Positions 37,648 through 46,786 of a stretch of DNA of 64,000 bases are shown here, piece by piece. The stretch's first letter is position 1; each line of letters begins with the position of its first letter. This DNA comes from Candidatus Magasanikiibacteriota bacterium. Its GTDB lineage: Bacteria > Patescibacteriota > Patescibacteriia > Magasanikbacterales > UBA922. Under the pieces are notes generated by a model. The model ran no database searches. It saw only the letters and a list, made by a program, of their open reading frames with translations, and had not been told where the DNA came from. Location of the stretch: contig JABIEQ010000010.1 in the NCBI GenBank assembly GCA_018651085.1, forward strand, positions 1,688-65,687, read 5' to 3'. The position numbers and the translations under genes are program-made.

Positions 37648-38940
37648 TTATTTTTTTCTCTCAAGGATGCATAATCCTTCTATATGTGGTGTTCGTGGAA
37701 AGTAATTATACAGTGTTATTGATTTTAGGGTATATAGTTCATGAAGATGCTCTATATCTCTTGCTTGGGTTGTGAGATTACACGATAGATATATAATCTT
37801 TTTTGGAGGTGTGTCTAGTATTTTAGCAATAACATCCTTATGAAGACCTGCCCTTGGTGGGTCTATAATAAGAACATGGTTTTCTGTAATAATTTCTGTG
37901 ATTTTTTCGGCCTCTACACAATGTGCTTCACAGTTTTTGATATTATTACTTTCAATATTTTTCATGGCGTATTCAATGGCTTGTTTGCTACTGTCTATAA
38001 GTGTACATGTTTTATATTTTGTATGTAGTGGTAGACCAATTGATCCTACACCACTATAAAAATCTAATAGATGCGTTTCTGGAGTAAGTTCTTTTTCAAT
38101 ATTTTCAATTGTTTTTGTAAATACAGGAGTGTTTACTTGAAAAAAACTTAGTAATCCGTATGTAAGAGGGGTGTCTTTGATGGGTTCTTTGAGATATTCC
38201 TGTCCTGCCTCATATAAAAGTGCATCAGGTCTTGATGCTGGGCTTTTATGTGTTGAATAGTATATCTTAAATCCTTGTAAACTTTCTTTTATTTCTGGAT
38301 ATTCATCAAAGGCAAGTTTGTCTTTTATAAATAATGCAGCAATGGTATCTCCTTTTTCATTACTTCGTATCACAAGAGATTTTAAACTTCTATGTGGAAT
38401 GGCCATATCATTAATCCATTCAAGAAGGGTTGATGCTGTGTTATTAATAGTTTCGTTCGCAAGTTTACATGGAGAAATAGCAATTCTATTATTTTTTCCT
38501 CTTTCAAAAAAAGCGAATGATACTGTTTGGTCATCTTTTTCTGAAAAACTATATTCAATTTTATTTCTATAGCCGTATTCTTTGTCACTTTTTATTAAAA
38601 TAATGTCTGCAGGAATGTTGTAGCTTGTGAACTTTTCGTATACTTCTTTTGCAATATTTTTCTTCCATGCTTCTTCTTCCTCTATGGTCATTATTTGCCA
38701 AGGGCTACATGATAGATAATGATCTGATATAGGATCTTGTCTTTTGTCTGAGGCTTCTATGATTTTGAGAATTTTTGCTTCAAAGTAGTTTCCTTTTTTC
38801 TTTTTTTTAAGGAGTTCTATTTCTACTTTTTCTCCTGGAAGAGCACCCCAAATAAAAACGACTTGTCCGTCGTTAAGTTTAGCAAGCGCTTGGCCTCCAA
38901 ATATAAGTTTTTCTATTGTTACAATGTGAATATTTTCCAT
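37648..38940 (-). CDS. RlmD/TrmA family RNA (uracil-5)-methyltransferase with TRAM domain
   Basis: GALPGEKV, YGYRNKIEY, SFFQVN, LDFYSGVG, IDPPRAGL, IYLSCN, FPRTPHIE. Confidence 0.92.
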   Translation of the reverse strand: MENIHIVTIEKLIFGGQALAKLNDGQVVFIWGALPGEKVEIELLKKKKKGNYFEAKILKIIEASDKRQDPISDHYLSCSPWQIMTIEEEEAWKKNIAKEVYEKFTSYNIPADIILIKSDKEYGYRNKIEYSFSEKDDQTVSFAFFERGKNNRIAISPCKLANETINNTASTLLEWINDMAIPHRSLKSLVIRSNEKGDTIAALFIKDKLAFDEYPEIKESLQGFKIYYSTHKSPASRPDALLYEAGQEYLKEPIKDTPLTYGLLSFFQVNTPVFTKTIENIEKELTPETHLLDFYSGVGSIGLPLHTKYKTCTLIDSSKQAIEYAMKNIESNNIKNCEAHCVEAEKITEIITENHVLIIDPPRAGLHKDVIAKILDTPPKKIIYLSCNLTTQARDIEHLHELYTLKSITLYNYFPRTPHIEGLCILERKK

Positions 38941-38995
38941 ATGGTATTGATTGTGTTATGTCTTGATAAAAATCTTAAATAGATATGAGATTTTT

Positions 38996-39460
38996 TTATA
39001 CTAGTGTCTTTATTTTTTCTTTTATTATGATAAGTAGTTCTTGAGGATTTTGTACAAGGGTAGCATTACTTTTTTTTAACATTTCTATGTTTCCTAAGCC
39101 CCAAGACACTGCTAATGTTGATATGTTTGCTTCTTTTGCAAGATGCACATCACGTGCAGTGTCTGTCACCATAAGACACGTTTTGGGGGCTACATTGTAT
39201 TCATAACAAACCTCAAGCATTTGGTCGGTTTTGTTTTTGTTTGGTTCTCCCCCTATAACATGAGTAAATACCGTATTAAGTTTCCATAGGTTGATTTGTT
39301 CTTCTATAGTGCTTTTTGAAAGGGAAGAAACAATTACAAGAATATGGTTTTTGGTAAGTTCTTTTACTATCGTATCCATATATTCTACTAGGCCATTTTT
39401 TGTTTTGAATTTTCCGGTTGAAAGAAGTACTCCTACAACATCAAAAAAAATAATTTGCAT
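38996..39460 (-). CDS. HAD-family hydrolase (cap-less, possibly degenerate)
   Basis: IIFFDVVGVL motif I variant; K motif; LMVTDTARDVHLAKEA..AVSWG. Confidence 0.75.
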   Translation of the reverse strand: MQIIFFDVVGVLLSTGKFKTKNGLVEYMDTIVKELTKNHILVIVSSLSKSTIEEQINLWKLNTVFTHVIGGEPNKNKTDQMLEVCYEYNVAPKTCLMVTDTARDVHLAKEANISTLAVSWGLGNIEMLKKSNATLVQNPQELLIIIKEKIKTLV

Positions 39461-39609
39461 ATGGAGTATTATTTCACATTTTTTTGTAAAAAGAAAACGA
39501 CCAATTTTGTCGTTTTCTTTAGATCTTTACTATCAATATTATTTCATAGCATAGATCTCCTCGGTCAGCGCGTAGGGAGCTACGCGCTGACCTGGTTGAG
39601 GAGGCCTGT

Positions 39610-40272
39610 TCATGGTTGAGCCTCCTCCTTCCCCTTGTTGGTGTCGATTTTTTTTGTGCCTACGACGACTTTTCCTCTTTTGAAGATGATATCGAATCGG
39701 GTTGCCCCTCGTCTCATCTTCTGGATGTCGGGCTTCAATAAGGTAAGCCTCACGCTTTTTCCCAGTCCGTCGGGGTTAAAGGTGAAACGTCGTTTCATCT
39801 CAGCTCCATGCAGTCCCTCAGGTGCTTCGAAGCGAATAAACACTTGGAGAGGTTCGTGCATACCGCCGCCTGCGAGTAGCATGGTGCGTCCTCCTTGAGA
39901 AGTCACGCTGTATATGAAGACGGTGTGCCCTTTGGCTACTGCATCTTCGAGTACAAACATTCTTTCTTCAGTTTGAACAGCCCTCTTCTGGAGTCCTTCC
40001 ATCATGTTCTCGAGTTGTCCGATCTTCTCGAGAAGGGTGATCGCTTCAGAAGACAGCTCTTCAGGCTCTTCCTCTGGTACGACCTCCATGATGCTTGCCA
40101 GAGCATCTTGTTGGGCTTTCAGGATGGTCTTGATGACTTCTCCTTTTTTGCCCTTTGGAGACACTCCTAAACTTTCGGCGATTTGCCTTACATAGGTGGC
40201 GTCTTCGTTTCCCTTGGCCTTGCTTTGGCCTAAGGTGAGTCCTTTGAGCTCTTGCTCGGTCCACTCTTTCAT
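39610..40272 (-). CDS. Hypothetical protein with Rho_N/HEH-like N-terminus and coiled coil, GC-rich islet
   Basis: AAGGAGGT SD; ELKGLTLG...VRQIAESLGVSPKGKKGEVIKTILKAQ resembles the Rho N-terminal helical bundle. Confidence 0.65.
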   Translation of the reverse strand: MKEWTEQELKGLTLGQSKAKGNEDATYVRQIAESLGVSPKGKKGEVIKTILKAQQDALASIMEVVPEEEPEELSSEAITLLEKIGQLENMMEGLQKRAVQTEERMFVLEDAVAKGHTVFIYSVTSQGGRTMLLAGGGMHEPLQVFIRFEAPEGLHGAEMKRRFTFNPDGLGKSVRLTLLKPDIQKMRRGATRFDIIFKRGKVVVGTKKIDTNKGKEEAQP

Positions 40273-40461
40273 GGCTTAACCTCCTTGTGGTTAGCCGGTT
40301 GATCTAAGGGGAAAGCAGTATATATATATGTATCTATATACAACATCCACCTTAGCTTTGGCCGACAGATCAAATTAACATGATATTGGTGTTTTTGTCA
40401 ATATCTTTTACTTCTTGTTTGAGGTATACTTTTTGTATAGTTTTTTAATATATAAGGAGAT

Positions 40462-41496
40462 ATGCGCATATTAATATATATAGGGCTTGTTGCTTCTTTT
40501 TGTCTTTGTGGTTTTTCAGTTCAAGCAGTAACGGGGACTGTATCATCTCATGCTAAACTGCGGGTGGCTGCCTTAGAAGGGGCTTCAATTACAAGATTAG
40601 TCATTAAAGGATCTTCTGTTGATGTGTTAGAAGAAGTGGGAGATTGGGTGAAAATTCGAACATCAAGTGGGGGAGTAGGATGGATTCCTAGTAGGTCTAT
40701 TATCTTTTCTTCTGTTTTACAAAAGAATGTAGAAAGTGTTCCAATTTTTTCTTTATCAGAATCATCTGGAGTGTTTTTGTATAATTCGCGTATTCGAGAG
40801 GGTGGTTCTTTAGATCATCGGATTATTCGTATTGTTGGAAAAGGAAAAAAAGTAACTATTCTTCAAGAAAAGAGTGGTTGGTATGAAGTATCTTCAGAAG
40901 GGTTACGAGGATGGGCCGCTTCTTGGTTGTTGCAAAAAGAAGACGGTGTGGATGTACCCTCACAGGTGTTAGGCGTTAAGATTGGAGATATTCCAAGTAC
41001 TGCTCCTACAGGCATTAATGAAGATGCGCTTAATCGTTATTGGTTAAATCAAATTAATATACTTCGGAAACAACGAGGCCTTCGTTTGTTATTTTTAGAT
41101 GATCGTTGGCGGGTGACTGCTCATGAGTATGCACAAATTATGACTCAATATGGATATCGAGCTCACCAAAGACCTGATGGAAAGAGTATGCATAAATGGA
41201 TTGATACAAAAGGGCTTGATTTTACGGTGCGAAATAGCTCTGGTGGTTGGGTAGGCAATTATTTTACAGAAAATCTTACTTGGGGGCGTGTGTCTCAATC
41301 AACAGACAGTGTGAAACGGAAGCTTGATAGTACGTTGGCATTCTTTTTAGGGGAAGCGTCATATAATGGTGCGCATTATCGTACTATTTATCACGAAGAT
41401 TGGAATAGTGTTGGTTTAGGGTTTGATTATGTTGATAAAGGAAATGGTATGTATGATATAAGTGTTGTGATGCATTATGGAAGTTTACAATTGTAG
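40462..41496 (+). CDS. Secreted SH3b x2 + CAP-domain protein
   Basis: Signal peptide; VDVLEEVGDWVKIR..GWI and VTILQEKSGWYEV..GWA SH3b repeats; INILRKQRGL, AHQRPDG, ENL, HYRTI..DWNSVGLG CAP motifs. Confidence 0.8.
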   Translation: MRILIYIGLVASFCLCGFSVQAVTGTVSSHAKLRVAALEGASITRLVIKGSSVDVLEEVGDWVKIRTSSGGVGWIPSRSIIFSSVLQKNVESVPIFSLSESSGVFLYNSRIREGGSLDHRIIRIVGKGKKVTILQEKSGWYEVSSEGLRGWAASWLLQKEDGVDVPSQVLGVKIGDIPSTAPTGINEDALNRYWLNQINILRKQRGLRLLFLDDRWRVTAHEYAQIMTQYGYRAHQRPDGKSMHKWIDTKGLDFTVRNSSGGWVGNYFTENLTWGRVSQSTDSVKRKLDSTLAFFLGEASYNGAHYRTIYHEDWNSVGLGFDYVDKGNGMYDISVVMHYGSLQL

Positions 41497-41540
41497 TGTT
41501 AACAGATAAAAAAACACCAGCAGATTGCTGGTGTTTTTAA

Positions 41541-41945
41541 TTATTCTGTTTTTGGTTTGAAATCTAGTGCAATGGAGTTAATACAAAATCTATTTCCACT
41601 TTTTCCTGGTCCGTCAGGAAAGACATGACCAAGATGAGAATTGCAATGTTTGCATCGTACCTCTGTTCGTACCATGCCGTGGGTAGAATCTTCTTCTAAA
41701 ATAATATGTTCTTTATTTATTGGATCAGTGAAGCTTGGCCATCCAGATCCAGATTCGAATTTTGTGTTTGAAGAAAAAAGTTCGTTGTTACATGCACCAC
41801 ATACATACATGCCATCTTCTTTATGTTTGTAGTATTTTCCAGTAAAAGGAGATTCTGTACCGGATTGCCGTAATACTTGATATTGTTCTTGCGAAAGTTT
41901 TTCTTTCCAATCTTCTTCACTATGGTGAGGTGTTTGTGTATCCAT
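41541..41945 (-). CDS. msrB: Peptide-methionine (R)-S-oxide reductase
   Basis: GTESPFTG, KFESGSGWPSF, RTEVRC..C.SHLGHVFPDGP, RFCINS. Confidence 0.96.
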   Translation of the reverse strand: MDTQTPHHSEEDWKEKLSQEQYQVLRQSGTESPFTGKYYKHKEDGMYVCGACNNELFSSNTKFESGSGWPSFTDPINKEHIILEEDSTHGMVRTEVRCKHCNSHLGHVFPDGPGKSGNRFCINSIALDFKPKTE

Positions 41946-41978
41946 ATGTTATGTGTAGAGATGATTTATTTGGGTAGT

Positions 41979-43439
41979 TTACGCGATTATTTTCCCAAGA
42001 TCAAGTTCATTTGTAAACGTAATTTTTTCTACAAATTCTGGCATATGGCTCACCATAATCATAGCCCCTTCGTATGCATCAAGAGCTTTTGCAATAACAG
42101 GAAGATGTCTGAAATTTACGTGATTTGTTGGTTCATCAAAGATGAGGAGTCCTGGTCCTTGTAAGGCAAAGCGAGCAAATGAAAGGAGTGCTTTTTGTCC
42201 TTCGGAATAGGTTCCAACTTCGTTATGGAGAATATTTCCTGGAATAAGAAATTGTGCTGCAGTTCTGAAAATAGTTTCTTTATCACCTATTTCCATTACT
42301 CGTTCGAGTGAATTATATCCTGTTTCAGAAAAATCTAGACCAGAAAAATCTTGGCGATAATAACCAACTTTCACTGTTTCTTCTAAGACGGCTCCTTTTT
42401 CTTTGTTGTTTGCAAGCCTTTCTAAAAGTGTACTTTTCCCTACACCGTTTGGTCCTTTAATTAATAGTTTCTGTCCTTTTCGTAATTCGATATTTACTTC
42501 TTTTTCTATTGTTTCATGATTTTTCATTGCGGTCACTGAAGTAATTGTTACGATAGGTTTTGTCATGTGTTGTGCTGGGATGGTGAAAGGAACAATAGTA
42601 CGATCTTCCTGACGGACACCGACCATGTTTTCTTCAGCATCTCCAATTTCCTCTTTTAATTTACTTGCAAGCTTTCTCATTTTTCCTCCTTTATATGAGA
42701 AGAAGTTTACTTTGTCTTTTTTATCTTGAATTTCTTTTTTGAGTTGTGCATTTTTTCTTTGTTCTTTTTCAATGCGGGATTTCACTTGTTCTAATACATC
42801 AGAATAGTTTCCTTTATACTGTTCTATTTTTTTACTAAAGACATCAAGATACAAAACACCATCTGTAAATGCATTTAAAAAGTTTTCGTCATGAGAAACT
42901 ACGATTACAGTTTTTTCATACATCATTAAGAAAGCAGTAAGGTATCCAATTCCTTCATCATCAAGATTATTTGTGGGCTCATCAAGAAGGAGAATATCAG
43001 GTTTTTGTATGAGTGCGTGTCCAAGTAATAGTCTTGCTTGTTGTCCTCCTGAAAGATCTTTAATTTTCTTTTCATGAGGTACAGAAAAGTTCACAATCTG
43101 TAGGGCATCATCAATCAGCTTTGGTAGGTTGTGTTTTTTTTCTTCAAATGCTGATTCAAAAAATTCAATTACAGTTTTTTCCATGTGTACTTCTTCCATT
43201 ACTTGTTTTGCTATAGCAACTGTCGCACCATCAGTAACATGAAGAGAACCTTTTGTTGGGGTAACTTCTTTTGTGATTAACTTAAATAGGGTACTTTTCC
43301 CTGCACCATTTTGTCCCATGATGGTGATTTTATTGTTTTCTCGTATAGAAAAATTAACCTCATCTAGAACGGTCTTTTTGTCTGAGTATCCAAATGTGAG
43401 ATTCTCAAAGCGAAGGATAACGGTTTCTTGTGTGTTCAT
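41979..43439 (-). CDS. ABC-F family ATP-binding protein
   Basis: Two ABC domains (GQNGAGKST/LSGGQ/LDEPTNN; GPNGVGKST/DEPTNH), no TM, YKGNYS linker. Confidence 0.9.
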   Translation of the reverse strand: MNTQETVILRFENLTFGYSDKKTVLDEVNFSIRENNKITIMGQNGAGKSTLFKLITKEVTPTKGSLHVTDGATVAIAKQVMEEVHMEKTVIEFFESAFEEKKHNLPKLIDDALQIVNFSVPHEKKIKDLSGGQQARLLLGHALIQKPDILLLDEPTNNLDDEGIGYLTAFLMMYEKTVIVVSHDENFLNAFTDGVLYLDVFSKKIEQYKGNYSDVLEQVKSRIEKEQRKNAQLKKEIQDKKDKVNFFSYKGGKMRKLASKLKEEIGDAEENMVGVRQEDRTIVPFTIPAQHMTKPIVTITSVTAMKNHETIEKEVNIELRKGQKLLIKGPNGVGKSTLLERLANNKEKGAVLEETVKVGYYRQDFSGLDFSETGYNSLERVMEIGDKETIFRTAAQFLIPGNILHNEVGTYSEGQKALLSFARFALQGPGLLIFDEPTNHVNFRHLPVIAKALDAYEGAMIMVSHMPEFVEKITFTNELDLGKIIA

Positions 43440-43483
43440 AGGTATATTATTTTTGCTAATTTTAGCTTTACCTAGCACTTTTG

Positions 43484-43933
43484 TCAAGTGTTTTCTATGT
43501 GTTTTTTTAAAATGTTCCAATATTTCTCCATATCTTCTTTTACACCTGGATGCATAGGTGTTGGTAGATTATTAAGAGAAAACCAGCCAATTTCGTCGAC
43601 ATTTTGAGGCTCTCCTATCTTTTCTTCTCCTTTTTGTATGCGTACAATAAAAGGAATAATAAGCCAATGTCTTTTTTTTCCATTTGTTTTACCGAAAAAT
43701 GAGTTTGTTGGAAGTTGTTTTTCTATTATCCCTTCACAACCATATTCTTCTTTTAGTTCACGAAGGAGTCCTTCCTCTACCGTTTCTCCGAATTCGAGTT
43801 GGCCACCGCCACAGTCCCATGTGTTATGTTCATCTCTACAATTTTGGCTTCTTTTGTGAAATAGAAAGTTTCCTTCTCCATCATGACAGAAAAATGCGGT
43901 GGAGATCCCAATATAATTAATTCCTGGTTGCAT
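43484..43933 (-). CDS. NUDIX hydrolase
   Basis: GGGQLEFGETVEEGLLRELKEEYG. Confidence 0.9.
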   Translation of the reverse strand: MQPGINYIGISTAFFCHDGEGNFLFHKRSQNCRDEHNTWDCGGGQLEFGETVEEGLLRELKEEYGCEGIIEKQLPTNSFFGKTNGKKRHWLIIPFIVRIQKGEEKIGEPQNVDEIGWFSLNNLPTPMHPGVKEDMEKYWNILKKHIENT

Positions 43934-43942
43934 ATATACGTA

Positions 43943-45214
43943 TTATTTTGAAATGAAGTAGTGTTTTGTTTGGGTGTAAATAAGTGCTGGAAATAACCAG
44001 AAAAGAATACTTAAATCATTTTTGATGTATGGGGAATCAACGAGACCCATGATCAATATAACAATGAAAGAAGCACATAGATATGCGGCTTCTTTTTTTT
44101 GTACGTATAAGAGTGTTGAAATAATAATACACAAAAAACCAATGAACCCAATGATTCCAACATTAACCCATATGGTTAAAAATAGATTGTGTGGATGGTG
44201 AAATATTTCTATACCTTCTCCATGTACAAGTGTGTGGTAGGGCTTAATTTGTGTGGTGTATGATGCTAGCCCGGCACCCGTTATAGGGTAGTCTTGAAGT
44301 AAATGAAGAGTGTCCTCCCACATAGATATTCTAATTTGTCCTGACCTATCTTGCGCTAAAACTTCTTGTTTTATTGTGTGTTCTGTTGGTAAAAGTATGA
44401 AAATTGTGATACCAATTATTCCTATAACTATAGCGAAGAGTCTTGTTTTTTTGTGAACAAAAAGTAATAGACCGCAAGCACCAATGATACCAATAATCGC
44501 TCCTGTTGATTTTGCATATATGATTGCAAGAATCATTAATGGTATCGCTACACTAGATATAATTACTCTTATGTAATCAGTTGTTGTTTTTTTTGTTTTA
44601 TTCCATCCTGTTTTTACGAGAAACATAGCCATGATGACGAGAGGTCCCAGAAATAATCCAACACCATTTGGAAACCCATACCAGGCTGTTACACGAAAAG
44701 TTTCTCTGTTTTCCCAAAAAGCATACGGGACCATCCATCCTGTAAAATGTTGGTATATGGCAAGAATACTTGTGATTATTCCAATGCTTACAAGACTAAA
44801 AAGGATGTTGTGTAGATTTTTTTTTGTTTGTATTGTTGTTATTGTAATGAAGAAAACTAGTATAGGTTCAATATAGAATGCTCGCCACTCACCAAGAGCC
44901 GCAAGGATATCAATTGCTATAAATATATTTATGCTTGCCCCTAGAAAAAATAAGAGTATTCCTAAAGAGAGAAGTTTTTTTGTTTGTATTCCATGAAGAA
45001 TAGTTTTTTGTATGTTTTTTTTGTCTTTTATTAGCCAAATAATGGCTAGTATAAGTATTGTTATTTCAAGAAGTGTCGTTGGTATTATGCCAATGCTAAA
45101 ACGGATTAAGTATGTTGGTAGAAGAAAGCAAAGTACAATAAGCCCGTGCATGCGGTTACGCCAACTGAGTATTCCAAAAAAAATACTGTAGATACTGATT
45201 AAGAAAATACCCAT
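43943..45214 (-). CDS. O-antigen ligase-like membrane protein
   Basis: Multi-TM; GFPNGVG, AKSTGA, RISMW..P.TGAG, HPHNLFL. Confidence 0.88.
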   Translation of the reverse strand: MGIFLISIYSIFFGILSWRNRMHGLIVLCFLLPTYLIRFSIGIIPTTLLEITILILAIIWLIKDKKNIQKTILHGIQTKKLLSLGILLFFLGASINIFIAIDILAALGEWRAFYIEPILVFFITITTIQTKKNLHNILFSLVSIGIITSILAIYQHFTGWMVPYAFWENRETFRVTAWYGFPNGVGLFLGPLVIMAMFLVKTGWNKTKKTTTDYIRVIISSVAIPLMILAIIYAKSTGAIIGIIGACGLLLFVHKKTRLFAIVIGIIGITIFILLPTEHTIKQEVLAQDRSGQIRISMWEDTLHLLQDYPITGAGLASYTTQIKPYHTLVHGEGIEIFHHPHNLFLTIWVNVGIIGFIGFLCIIISTLLYVQKKEAAYLCASFIVILIMGLVDSPYIKNDLSILFWLFPALIYTQTKHYFISK

Positions 45215-45216
45215 AT

Positions 45217-46656
45217 TTATTGTTGCTTTTTAATAGACAACATTTGTTTAATGGTTGTTTTATTGATTCCTCCAATTGCATAAAGTACACCACCGTAAAC
45301 ACCTGTTCCAATAATAATAAGGGCTACAATGTTTAAGGATGTACAAAAGGTAAGTGTAATTCCCATTACTGCTGTTGCAATTATTGCTTTTAAGAAGGTT
45401 ATAAAGTTTAGGCGTGTTTTACTGTAGTACCAAATTGCAAGAAAAAGAAGAATGCCGGCGTATAATTCAGAGAAGACTGTCATCCATGCGGCTCCTTTCA
45501 TACCAAACGGAGGAATGAAAATAAGGTATCCAATAAGTGTAATAATGGCATTACTTGCATAAATCCAAAGTGTTGCTCGTTGTTTATTTATAGCAACTGC
45601 TGTGTGACCAAATACGGCACCAAGATAAATACCAAATAGTCCAATTGCTAAAATACGAAGTGGTGTAGCTGAGGCAATAAACTCTTCATTACCAAAAAAA
45701 GCTACAATATCATCCGCAATGACTATGATACCTACTATTGCTGGCAAAATGAATATCATTAACGCATCAAATGCTTGTTGGAGGTATTTTTTGAAGAAGT
45801 CTTTGTTGTTTCGTGTCCAGTGAAATGCAAGAAGAGGTAAGAAAATACCAACAATCATCATGGCAAGTTGTGTGAGAATATCAAGTACACGATATGCTGC
45901 ACCATAAATTCCAACATCTGTTTGTGTGTGAAATTTTGCCAGAAGGAGAATGTCTCCTTTTAAATAAATAACATTACATAAAATTGCTATGGCAATTGGC
46001 CACATTTTTGTAAAAATGGCTTTCATTATTGGGGCGTCAAATCGAAACCGTACGTTTGTTTGTGTTCTTGTCACGCCGTAACTAATAAGGGTATATACAA
46101 TACTTGCTCCGGCGACGACCCACATGAATGGTAAAAATGTTGCATTACCAAGAATAAGTAAAAATACTCCAACCATAAGAAATAATCGACCAATAACTTC
46201 TCCAATCGCCTGAATGTGCATTTGAAGTTTTGTCTGGTGATATCCGACAAATATTTGATTCATGGTGATTGCAAAGAAGGAAATGCTTGTAAAAAGGATG
46301 GCTGTCTTTACTTCTTGTGGGTAGTTACCAAAAAATGGGACAAAAAGAGGTATGGTTGGAATAATAAGAAAAAAGAGTAAGGCACTTACAAATCGAAAGC
46401 CGAGTAAATTTTGAAAGAGATGTTCTTTATTAAATTTTGTTTCATTTAGCATGCTTGCAGTAACGGGAATCATACCAAAATCAATAATGATTCCTGCAAA
46501 GCCAAGATAAGAAATGACCGTGGTATACCATCCAAACTGTTCAGCACCAAGGTACCTTGTCATCATTAATAAGGCTGCAAGGCCAAAGATTGTTGCAATG
46601 ACTTTTCCTATTATTTGAACGAGGGTATTTTGTGCAAGTTTTTGTGTTGTTGACAT
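45217..46656 (-). CDS. Polysaccharide flippase (Wzx/RfbX family)
   Basis: LAQNTLVQIIGK, TRYLGAEQFGWY, DFG, VGIYGAAYR, IPPFGMKGAAW. Confidence 0.88.
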   Translation of the reverse strand: MSTTQKLAQNTLVQIIGKVIATIFGLAALLMMTRYLGAEQFGWYTTVISYLGFAGIIIDFGMIPVTASMLNETKFNKEHLFQNLLGFRFVSALLFFLIIPTIPLFVPFFGNYPQEVKTAILFTSISFFAITMNQIFVGYHQTKLQMHIQAIGEVIGRLFLMVGVFLLILGNATFLPFMWVVAGASIVYTLISYGVTRTQTNVRFRFDAPIMKAIFTKMWPIAIAILCNVIYLKGDILLLAKFHTQTDVGIYGAAYRVLDILTQLAMMIVGIFLPLLAFHWTRNNKDFFKKYLQQAFDALMIFILPAIVGIIVIADDIVAFFGNEEFIASATPLRILAIGLFGIYLGAVFGHTAVAINKQRATLWIYASNAIITLIGYLIFIPPFGMKGAAWMTVFSELYAGILLFLAIWYYSKTRLNFITFLKAIIATAVMGITLTFCTSLNIVALIIIGTGVYGGVLYAIGGINKTTIKQMLSIKKQQ

Positions 46657-46786
46657 AGTGCTACGACTATATCATGTGTAATGGGAAAAATCAATAAAAA
46701 TTGCTTTGTATAGCTATTTTTTGTCTAATTTTGTTGAGTGAAATATCACACTCATGGTATACTATTGTTCTATAAATTTGTTTTTT

